Below are positions 29,207-38,800 of a stretch of DNA of 64,000 bases, in pieces; within the stretch, counting starts at the first letter, position 1; each line of letters starts with the position of its first letter. Source of the DNA: Nannocystis pusilla. GTDB lineage: Bacteria; Myxococcota_A; Polyangia; Nannocystales; Nannocystaceae. The notes beneath the pieces are model-generated. The model had not been told where the DNA came from. It searched no databases and saw nothing but the letters and a program-made list of their open reading frames with translations. Made by a program: the position numbers and the translations under genes. The stretch lies in NCBI RefSeq assembly GCF_026626665.1, contig NZ_JAPNKE010000002.1, forward strand, positions 3,629,168-3,693,167. Direction: 5' to 3'.

Positions 29207-30526
29207 CTATCGCTTCGGCGGCTTGTAGCCCGACACGATCGTCCGCTTGCGCCCCTCGAGCTTGTCGAGCTGCGCCTCGAGCCCCTCGCGGCGGGCGTAC
29301 GCGCGGGCCAGGATCAGCGCCACGTACTCGCCGAGCGAGTCGGCCGCGATCGTCGCCACCAGCGCCTGATCGTGGCGATAGCGGATCACCGGCGCCGCGT
29401 TCGCCTCCGACTTCGCCCCCGTCGCCAGGAAGAACAGGTCGCCGGACGGATCGCTGCCCAGCGGGATCGCCTTCTTCGCCGGATCGAAGCCACGCACGTC
29501 GTAGCGCCCGCGGCCGCTCGGCGGGTCGTCGGCCTCCTCCTCGTCGTCCTCGATCGTCCCCACCATTTCGCGGACCAGCTGGCGCATGCGCGCCGGCGGC
29601 CCGAAGTCGCGCGACCCGAGCGCCGCGTGCGTCGCCAGCAATTGCCTCAATTCCTGCGGCAGCCGGGCGCTCACGTGCTTCGCCAGCGCCTCGATCTCGC
29701 GCGCCCGCGCCGGCCCCTTCGCCTCCACCTCGGCGGGCCTCAGCTCCCACGCGGTCATCAACGCCAGCGCCTCCGCCACCGTGTGCGGCAGCTGCTTCGG
29801 CAACTTCGCCAGCACGATCCCCGGCGCCATCGCCTTCGGGATGATCTTCGCCCGCAGCAGCAGCGCGCGCAGTCTGTCCGCCCCCGAACCCGCGATCGTC
29901 GCAGTCGCCGCCACCAGCCGCCCCAGCGCCATTGCGGCCGCCGGTCCGCGGTTCGCCGGGTCCAGCGAGTTCCCGTCTGCCAGCACGCGGAACAGCAGCC
30001 ACAGCCGCTCGTCGTTCCACTCGATCTTCATCAGCCCGGCCGCGACCGCCTCGCCGTCCGCGTACGCCAGCAAGCGGCTCACCGCCTCGCCCGCCAGCTT
30101 GAAGCCGACCTCGTTGTTCGGGTTGTACTCGCCGAGCGCCTCGATCGCCGCTCGCGTCGTCCGTCGCAGCCCGCCGTCCAGCAGCGCCACCAGCAGCGGG
30201 ATCGCCGACGGCCCCAGCGTCGCCGCCGGCCGGAAGCCGTACGGCACCCCGAGGGTCTCCGGATGGGCCGCGATCGCCCGCAGGAACGGCCCCGCGAGCT
30301 GGCCCAGCGTCGCCGATCGATCGGCCCCCTCGGCCTCGAGGAACACGTCGAACGCCTTGAACGCCACGCTCCCGGGCCGCGGCCAGCCCTCGCGGCACGC
30401 CGGCGCCTCGGCCAGCGCCTCCAGCTCGCGCGCCAGCGATCGCGCCGCCTCTGCGTCCCCGCCGGCGGCCCCCGTCGCCAACCCCGTCAATCGCGCCTCG
30501 AGCTCCGCGTACGTCCCGGTCTGCAT
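29207..30526 (-). CDS. HEAT-like repeat protein with C-terminal SUKH (SMI1/KNR4)-like domain
   Basis: C-terminus ..IPLGSDPSGDLFFLATGAKSEANAAPVIRYRHDQALVATIAADSLGEYVALIL matches SUKH-1 pattern. Confidence 0.55.
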   Translation of the reverse strand: MQTGTYAELEARLTGLATGAAGGDAEAARSLARELEALAEAPACREGWPRPGSVAFKAFDVFLEAEGADRSATLGQLAGPFLRAIAAHPETLGVPYGFRPAATLGPSAIPLLVALLDGGLRRTTRAAIEALGEYNPNNEVGFKLAGEAVSRLLAYADGEAVAAGLMKIEWNDERLWLLFRVLADGNSLDPANRGPAAAMALGRLVAATATIAGSGADRLRALLLRAKIIPKAMAPGIVLAKLPKQLPHTVAEALALMTAWELRPAEVEAKGPARAREIEALAKHVSARLPQELRQLLATHAALGSRDFGPPARMRQLVREMVGTIEDDEEEADDPPSGRGRYDVRGFDPAKKAIPLGSDPSGDLFFLATGAKSEANAAPVIRYRHDQALVATIAADSLGEYVALILARAYARREGLEAQLDKLEGRKRTIVSGYKPPKR

Positions 30527-30712
30527 CGCTGGACGCCCAATGTAGCCCGACCCGGACGTCCTCTGCCAGCAGGGCGTCCATCGGGCTCGACCCGGACATC
30601 CTCTACCAGCGAAGCGCGATCAACGCACCTCCGAGCCTGCGAATCACCTGTCCCCAAAGCCACCTCCTTCGGCGCCGCCGGCCTGCGATTGGGCATACTC
30701 GTCCGACCGAGC

Positions 30713-31990
30713 ATGTCGCGCTGCCTGTCTCTGGCCCTGGTCTTCGCCCTCGCCGCCCCGCCCGCGGCCGCCCACCCGCTGGCGCGCACCCCCGACCCGG
30801 GCGCCTGGCAGCCCGCCGGACCCTCGGGACATGTCTCGGATGACATGCCCGAGAGGACACCCTCACGGACCCTCCCGCCGGCTGCTCCGGCGTCCGCCTC
30901 CGCCAACCTGTCCCCAAGAACATCCCCCCTGGCCGCGTCCCCAGGGTCAGTCCGCATGACCACGGCCGCGCCCGTCAACCTGTCCCTACGGGCAGCCGAT
31001 CCGCCCTCGCCTACCCCGCCGTCCCCTCTCGACGAAACACCCTCGGGGACAGCCGACCCGGCCGCCACCGACAACCTGTCCCCGGGGACGCCCGCCCCTG
31101 CCCCGCCTCGCCCCACCTCAAGTGTCCCGGGAGACATGTCTTCCGGGACATCTCCCCCACCGAGCCCGTTCGCCTCGCTCCCGCCGCCGATCCGCCGCTC
31201 CCGCCCGCCCCGCCGGCCCTCCCGCCGCACCTCATGCGCCTGCGGCCGGCCGTCGACGTCCCCGTCATCGCCCTCGGCCTCGTCATGTGGCTAGGCACCG
31301 ATCTCGCGGCCCGCGACATGCGGTGGTCCGGCTGTCAGGCCTGTGATCGCAGCCACATCAACGGCCTCGATCGGCGCGTCCTCGGCAACGAGAGCCTCGC
31401 GGCCGCCCACGCCTCCGACGCCCTGCTCTACACCGCGATCGCCGCTCCGATCGTCGCCGACCTCGCCGACACCCTCCTCGCCGGCCGCCGCGCCCCGGCT
31501 CCTACCGTCACGCCGCCGGCGGCTGGGCCCGCGACGTGGTCGTCCTGTTCGAGGTCCTCGCCGTCAACGTCGGCCTCAACAACCTCGTCAAGTACGCCGT
31601 GCGCCGCCCGCGGCCCTACAGCTACGAGCCCGAGAGCGAGCTCGGCGACGTCCAGGCCGAGGAGTCGCGCCTGTCCTTTATTCAGGTCACACCTCGACCG
31701 CTTTCGCCATGATGAGCGCCTGGGCCACCCTCTTCACCCTGCGTCACCCGCGGGCCCGCGCCGCCGTCCCGGCCTGGCTGCTCGCCGTCGGCCTCGGCGC
31801 CACCACCGGCGTCCTGCGCGTCGAGGCCGGCAAGCACTTCTGGACCGACGTCCTGTTCGGCTCCGTCGCCGGCACCGCCATCGGCGTCCTCGTTCCGCTG
31901 CTCCACCGCAACGATCGCGGCCGCCGCTTCTCCGCCGGCATGAGCCCCACCCCGCGCGGCGCCCTCGTCAGCCTCACCGGCCGCTTCTGA
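30713..31990 (+). CDS. PAP2-family phosphatase with signal peptide and N-terminal Pro/Ser-rich repeat region; two frame breaks (~31500, ~31680 in T-run)
   Basis: KYAVRRPRPY (KxxxxxxRP), SGHTS, ..RVEAGKHFWTDV (SRxxxxxHxxxD) PAP2 motifs across three frames. Confidence 0.65.
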
Positions 31991-32100
31991 CAGCGCCCGC
32001 CTGCCAGGCGGGCTCTGCCGCACAATCACCCCACTCGCGCGTCGACTGCCCGCATTCGCACGCACGGTGGAGGATCGGCCACGTGCTAAACTCCTCACCC

Positions 32101-33141
32101 ATGCTCGGCGCTCGTCGGCTCCCCCTCCTCTTCGCCTCGATCCTCGCCGAGGTCGCCGCGTCCGGGTGCGGGGCCGACGACCCCTGTAGTTACGAACAAG
32201 TCACTGCCATCGGCGCCAACCGGCTCGCGCCCTACATCGAGGACGGCAACCTCACCCTCGCCGAGTGCCAGGTCCTGTGCCCCATGATGGCTTCGCCGGC
32301 CGTCCCCGACGAGCCGAGCAGCCCGAGCTCGAGCACCTCGACCACTGACCCCACCACCGGCGACACCACCTCGACGACCACCGGCGCCGTCGACGACGAT
32401 CACGCCCCGCGAATGACCACCGTGCTCGGTTGCGCCGCTATTCCCGCCAGCAAGAGCGACATCCGCTGCCAGTACGAGACCGACTGCAAGGGCGGCCGGC
32501 GACCCGCCGGCCTGCGCTCCGAGGGCCGCGGCGGCGGCGACGATCCCGTCGCGCGGTGGTTCGCCGAAGTCGCCCACCTCGAGGCCGCCAGCGTCCCCGC
32601 CTTCGAGCGCCTCGCCGCCGAACTCCGCGAACACCACGCCCCCGCCGAGCTGATCACCGCGGCTCTCCGCGCAACGGTCGACGAGGCCCGCCACGCCGAC
32701 CTCCTCGGCGCGATCGCCAAGCGCCTCGGCGGCCGCCCCAGCCCCGTCGAGCTCGCGCCCGCCCGCAGCCGCTCGCTCGTCGAGCTCGCGCTCGAGAACG
32801 CCGTCGAGGGCTGCGTCGGCGAGACCTGGGCCGCCTTGCTCGCCGCCCACCAGGCGCGAGTCGCCGAGGATCCCGAGATCCGCGCCTGCATGGCCGAGGT
32901 CGCCGCCGACGAGGCCGCCCACGCCGACCTCGCCTGGGCCGTCGACGCCTGGATCGCCCCCCGCCTGAGCGCCGACGAACGAACTCGAGTTCTCGCGGCC
33001 CGCTCACGCGCCGTCCTCGCTCTCCGCGATCCTCCCATCCTCGACGAGACCCTCGAACGGCGCGCCGGCCTGCCCACACCCGACCTCGCGCGCCGCCTCT
33101 GGGAGGCCCTGGGGCGCGAGCTCTGGTCCTCAGCCGCCTGA
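32101..33141 (+). CDS. ferritin-like (diiron, DUF455/rubrerythrin-like) lipoprotein
   Basis: lipobox ..AASGCGADD; two ExxH-containing helices (DEARHADL, DEAAHADL). Confidence 0.65.
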   Translation: MLGARRLPLLFASILAEVAASGCGADDPCSYEQVTAIGANRLAPYIEDGNLTLAECQVLCPMMASPAVPDEPSSPSSSTSTTDPTTGDTTSTTTGAVDDDHAPRMTTVLGCAAIPASKSDIRCQYETDCKGGRRPAGLRSEGRGGGDDPVARWFAEVAHLEAASVPAFERLAAELREHHAPAELITAALRATVDEARHADLLGAIAKRLGGRPSPVELAPARSRSLVELALENAVEGCVGETWAALLAAHQARVAEDPEIRACMAEVAADEAAHADLAWAVDAWIAPRLSADERTRVLAARSRAVLALRDPPILDETLERRAGLPTPDLARRLWEALGRELWSSAA

Positions 33142-33400
33142 ACGCCGCCGAGCTCCGAATCGCCGGAATCACCGCACCGCCGCCTGCCCGGCTCGCGCCG
33201 CCGAGCTCCGATCGCCGGAATCACCGCACCGCCGCCTGACCGGCTCCCGCCGCCGAGCTCCGCTCGCCGGAATCACCGCACCGCCGCCTGACCGGCTCCC
33301 GCCCCTGAGCTCCGAATCGCCGGCATCACCGCACCGCCACCGGACCGGCTCCCGCCGCCGAGCTTCGATCGCCGGAATCACTGCACAGCCGACGCGAACC
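33140..33400. repeat. ~4.5 tandem copies of a 57-bp unit CCGCCGAGCTCCGAWYCGCCGGAATCACCGCACCGCCGCCTGMCCGGCTCSCG
   Basis: direct reading; intergenic. Confidence 0.8.
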
Positions 33401-33705
33401 TCCGTCGCCGTCCTGCCTCCTCGCGCGATGAAGCCTCACACGCTCGTCTCCGACAGACGCACGCAGCCCGGATCGTGAATCGCGTCGGTCGGCGGCCAGC
33501 CCTGGCCGTCGCAAGACGTCCTGTCGCCGTCACGCCCCGGATCCACGCGCCGACGCGCGATCGAATTTTTTTGTCCGCGCGCTGCGACAACGGATCCGTC
33601 CGCCTGTCATGCCCGCAGGAGGCCGGATCACGCCAGCGTCGTGCTCGGCGGCGGCCTCTGCCTGCGCCCCGCCGCGAGCCTGCGCGGCCACCAAGGAATT
33701 CGTCC

Positions 33706-34488
33706 ATGTTCATCACCTTCACGCGCCCTCACGCCTCGCTCTCGCGCCGTCTCCTCTCCGCCTCGCGCCTCGGCGCCGCCCTGCTGCTGAGCGCCTCCGT
33801 GCTCGCCCCGCTGGCCTGCGACGACCCACCAGCGGCGCGCGCCGACGCGTCCGCGGTCGACCTGCGCGACGGCGGCGGGTGTCCGTGCGACGGCGGCACC
33901 GATCACCTCGGCAACCCCGTGGACACCGACGTCTGCGGCTATCAGGTCTGCGGCGAAGACTTCCAGTACTACGTCTGCGGCCAGGACGGCTGGGTCGCCC
34001 AGGGCGGCGTCTGCGGCGGCGACGACGGCTGCCATTGCCCTGGTGGCAAGGACTACCTCGGAAACACCGTGAACGCCACCGAATGCGGCCATCAGGTCTG
34101 CGGCGAGGACTTCCATTACTACGTCTGCGGGCAAAACGGCTGGGTCTCCCAGGGCGGCGTCTGCGGCGACGGCGACGACGACGGCGACGAATGCGATTGC
34201 CCCGACGGCACCGACAACCTCGGCAACCCCGTGCACGCGACCGCCTGCGGCCAGCAGATCTGCGGCGAAAACTTCCAGTACTACGCCTGCGAGCCGAACG
34301 GCTGGGTCGCCAAGGGCGGCGTCTGCGGCGGCGACGACGGCTGCGACTGCCCCGGCGGCAAGGACTACCTCGGCAACACCGTGTATGCGACCGAATGCGG
34401 CCACCAGGTCTGCGGCGAGAATTTCCAGTACTACGTCTGCGACCAGGACGGCTGGGTCGCCCAGGGCGGCCCCTGCAGCGGCTACTAG
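33706..34488 (+). CDS. secreted protein with four tandem ~50-aa Cys-rich repeats (C-C-CG-QxCGE-FxYYxC-GWV-GG-CG)
   Basis: signal peptide MFITFTRPHASLSRRLLSASRLGAALLLSASVLA; AAGGA RBS 8 nt upstream. Confidence 0.7.
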   Translation: MFITFTRPHASLSRRLLSASRLGAALLLSASVLAPLACDDPPAARADASAVDLRDGGGCPCDGGTDHLGNPVDTDVCGYQVCGEDFQYYVCGQDGWVAQGGVCGGDDGCHCPGGKDYLGNTVNATECGHQVCGEDFHYYVCGQNGWVSQGGVCGDGDDDGDECDCPDGTDNLGNPVHATACGQQICGENFQYYACEPNGWVAKGGVCGGDDGCDCPGGKDYLGNTVYATECGHQVCGENFQYYVCDQDGWVAQGGPCSGY

Positions 34489-34563
34489 ACGACCGCACCC
34501 TGCGTGAGAATGCGTGCTCCTGGGACAACGCCGCGCTCGCCTTCTGTAGCGAGCGCTGGTAGC

Positions 34564-35181
34564 ATGACATCCATGAGTCCATGGAAGGCTGCGCTTCGTC
34601 AACTCCGTGAAACGATGGATCCGCGAAGCCCCGAGACCCGACGCGAGCACGCGCTCCACGAAGCCGCCCATTTTGTGGCATTTACCATCCTTGCAGATAC
34701 GTTCCCGAAAGAGCTCAATTTCAGAATAGTACACATATCCATTTGCCCTGGAGATGGCTCTGACGGCGAGCTTTATTGCAAATACGAAGACTCTCTGCCG
34801 CTGCCTCAAAGCGCCGTTCTGGTCTTGTTGGCCGGAATCGCAGCTCAAGTGCACGCGCGGCACGTCGGCGGACTCGCTGACTGCATCCTGATCGCAAAGG
34901 ATGTTGGTCGAAAATCCGGACGATATGATATTGAAATGATCTATGAGCACTTCAAGGAGCGGCTTTGGAGTGCTGACGACTGCCCTGGCGAGAGCTCTAT
35001 TGAGGGTTTCAGCGAGCGGCTATTGGAAGCTCACTTCGAATCCGCCCTTGAATTGGTCAAAGTGAACTGGGCACGAGTCTTGCGGGTCGCCGACGCGCTC
35101 CTAGAAAAATGGGATTGGACATTGACACCGGACGAGGCCCTCGAAGCGTACAAGGAAGCGGACGAAGGAAGCTGTGGATAG
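34564..35181 (+). CDS. hypothetical HExxH (zinc-metallopeptidase-like) protein; markedly lower GC (~55%) than surroundings
   Basis: ..REHALHEAAHFVAF.. ; codon usage A/T-richer (aaa, att, tat, gat); alternative start 34504. Confidence 0.5.
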   Translation: MTSMSPWKAALRQLRETMDPRSPETRREHALHEAAHFVAFTILADTFPKELNFRIVHISICPGDGSDGELYCKYEDSLPLPQSAVLVLLAGIAAQVHARHVGGLADCILIAKDVGRKSGRYDIEMIYEHFKERLWSADDCPGESSIEGFSERLLEAHFESALELVKVNWARVLRVADALLEKWDWTLTPDEALEAYKEADEGSCG

Positions 35182-35897
35182 GTATCGCGCCCTGGGGCGG
35201 GGCCAGCTGAAGAAACTCTGAAGCGGCCCGTCGGCATCGGGCCGAACGAGGCGCTCGAGTACTTCCGCAAGAAAAACTCTCGCCCGACCTTGAACTCGAG
35301 AAGGTCGCCCTGCTCGCTCAACACGACAATCACGGCACCGACGCGGGCCCCCTCACCGCAATCGTCATCGCGCCCCCGAGCCCCCCGAGCCCGCACGATC
35401 GTCTCCGACGAACGCACGCCGCCCGGCTCGTGAAATGGCGTCTGTTCGGCGGCCAGCCCTGGCCGTCGAACAGACGCCTCTCGCTCTCCGCCGGAGCAGC
35501 CTTCGCATCGAAGCCCACGACGGCGTGCGGGCCTCTCACGGCTGCAGCCGTGCCAGGGGTCCGGGGAAGCGGCGGCCGCGATTGGAGGTGAGATGGGCGC
35601 GAGGAACGAGTGTCCATCTCGCCGGTTAACTCGCGGCCGTCGCTTCCCCGGACCCCCCGCGAGGCGCAGTCGGCAATATGCGGACTGCCAGAACCACCGA
35701 GCCTCCGCGCAGAAGCCCGGCCCCCCGCCCATCCAGACGAGCGCGCCAGCGCCCCGAAGCTCGGGCCTCCCGCCCCCAATCGCCGACCCTCCGTCGCCCC
35801 GTCCCGCGCGATCTTGCCCACGGTCACCTGTCCGCCCACAAACCACACGCCCGGGCGGCCGTGGTACCTTGGGCGGCCCCGCTCGCGGCCCACGCCC

Positions 35898-38800
35898 ATG
35901 CCCGAAACCGCCGTCGCGCCCAAGCGCCAGCCCTCGCCTCACGATCTGCCTTGCCCGCTGCCGCCCGTGGCTCCTGGAGAGCCGCCCGAGCTCGGGGCGT
36001 TTCGCGCCAAGCCCAGCGACGACGCCTTCTTGAAGCTGCGGCGGGCCTTCCGCGAGGCCGAGAACTGGAGCGCCCTCGCCACCTTGCTCGTCGTGCACGC
36101 TGCGGCGATCAGCGGCCCGCCCAAGGTCGCCGAGCTGTGCGTCCAGGCCTACGAGCTCTGGTACGACCGCGTCAAGGACAAGCCCCAGGCCGCCTACGCC
36201 CTCGTGCGTGCGCTTCAGGCCGAGCCGCACAACAGCCGCGCCTTCGAGCAGCTGCGCAAGGTCTACGGCGAGCTCGGCAGCCTCGACGAGCTCGCCACCT
36301 TGCTCAAGTTCCGCCTCGACCATTTGCGGCGGCACGACCGGACTGCCGTCCCTGGTGCGCTCGTCGAGCTCGGCAAGGTCGACGAGCAGCGCTGTCAGGT
36401 CGACGAGGCGATCGCTTGCTACAGGGCCGCCCTCGAGATCAACCCCCAGGAGCGCGACGCCAGCGATCAGCTCATCCGTCTCCATCTTCAGGCCGGCGCC
36501 TGGCTGCGCGTCATCGATCTGATCAACGCCGAGCTCGCGCGCACCGACAGCGTCCGCGAGCGCGAGCGCTTCGCCGCCCTCCACCTCCGCCTCGCGCGGA
36601 TCGAGGCCGAGCAGCTCGAGAACATCCCCTCCGCCGCGCTCCACCTGCAGGCCGCGCTCAAGGCCAACCCTGACGACGTCGCCGCCCTGCGGGCTTCGGC
36701 GCCCTCTACCTCGGCAGCGGCAAGGCCAGCGACGAGGGCTTGCAAAAAGCGGCCGACGTGTTCTTCCGCGCCGCCAAGCTCGCGCGCAGCCAGGGCGACG
36801 ACAAGATCGCCTACAGCCTCCTGCGCCGGGCCATGAGCCTGCGTCCCAACCATCACGAGGCCGGCAACGCCCTCGCCGAGCTCCTGATGGCGCAGGAGAA
36901 GTGGATGGAGCTCGACGACCTCTACGGGGCGTGGATCGGCTACGTCACCGAGGCCGACAGCTACGGCCTGTGGCTGTCGCGCGGCGAGCTGCTGGAGACC
37001 CGCCTCGCCCGCCGCGAGGAGGCCCGCGCCTGCTACGAGCAGGCCTCGCGGCTCGAGCGGCCCGGCGGCGACGCCTGGCTGCGGCTCGAGGCCCTGCTCG
37101 TCGAGCTCGGCGACAACCATGGCCTCGTCAGCCTCTACGAGCGCTGGTCCGAGCAGGACCCCGGCGGCCTGCCGACCGACAAGCTGCTGTGGGCCGCCCG
37201 CGTCGCCCGCGAGGACCTCGGCGACGAGGAGCGGGCCGCCGTCAGCTTCTACCGCGTGCTCGAGCGCGAGCCCTTCAACCACGAGGCCTTCGAGGGCTAC
37301 AAGGAGCACTGGCGGCGCAAGAACAACTGGTCGCACCTGGCCGGCCTCATCCTCTACCAGGGCGACCAGGCGCTGCAGATGGGCGGCGGACCCGACAGCC
37401 CGCTCGCCCGCTCCGAGTTCGCCGAGCACTTCGTCGAGCTGGCCGAGATCTACGAGCGCCGCCTCGGCGACCTCGCCGGGGCCCTCGACGCCTGGAACCG
37501 GCTCGCCCTCGCCTATCCCAACGACTGGCGCCCGCGCGACCAGATCGCCCGCATCGACAAGCGCGCGCGCATGCTCGACGCCAACCTCGCCACCCTCGAG
37601 GCCGAGCTGCAGCGCACCATCGACCCGCAGCGCCGCTTCGAGGTCCTGCGCCGGCTGTCGCAGGCCCACCGCGAGCGCATGACCGACCCGCAGCGCACCA
37701 TCGTCCTCTTGCAGGAGATGCTGGCGCTCGCGCCCGGCCACGAGGGGGCCCTGCGCGCGCTCGCCGAGATGTACGAACGGACAGGTGCTTACGACCAGGT
37801 CATCGACCTGCTGCGGCGCCAGCACGACGTCACCCGCAGCATCTCGCAGCGCGTGGTCCTGCTGCGGCGCATGGCCGAGCTGTGGCAGTACGAGCTGCAC
37901 AGCCCGCGCGAGGCGCTGTGGGCCTGCGAGCAGATCCTCGGCTACAGCCCCTCCGACATGGACGCCGTCCACCGCATGCAGGGCCTGTGCGCCGAGCTCG
38001 GCGACGCCGGCGGCGAGTACGAGGCGCTGTCGCGCGAGCTCGGCCTCGTCGGCGACCCGGCCCAGCGCACCCGCATCATCCGCCGCATGGCCGACGTCGC
38101 CGACCGCAAGCTGCAGGACCCGCAGCGCTCGGCCCAGGCGTGGACGCAGCTGCAGGCCGGCGACCCGCACAACCTCGAGGTCACCGACAAGCTCATCGCC
38201 GCCTACGAGGCGCTCGGCAACCGCGAGGAGCTCGCCAACCTGCTCGGCAAGGCCGCCAGTTCGGCCCGCACCCCGCCGATCCGCCAGCTCGACTACCTCA
38301 TGCGTTTGGGCCACGTCGCCGAGTCGTCGCTCGGCGACGCCGACCTGGCCTGCTCGGCCTTCGAGCGCGCGCTGCGGATCCACCGCGACCACCGCGGCGC
38401 CACCGAGGCGCTGACCCGCCTCTACCGCAACCTCGGCAGCTGGCACGGCCTGGCCGCCTCGCTCGGCACCCTGCAGGAGATGGCCGACAGCGACGAGGAG
38501 GCCCTCAACATCGGCTGGGAGCGCGCCGAGGTCCTCGCCGACCGGCTCGACAACCCGGCCGCCGCCATCCGCGTGCTCGAGCAGCTGAGCTCGAACGCCG
38601 CCGTCGGCAACCGCGACGTCGCCCTCAAGCTGCTCGAGCTGTACGAGCGCGCCGGCCAGTTCGACCGCCTGATCCGCCACGCCGAGATCCTCCTGCTCTC
38701 CGCGCTCGAGACCGACGAGCGGCGCGAGCTGTTCTCGCTGGTCGCCCGCACCTACGTCGTCAACCTCAGCGCCCCGCAGAAGGCCATCGCCGCCTTCCAG

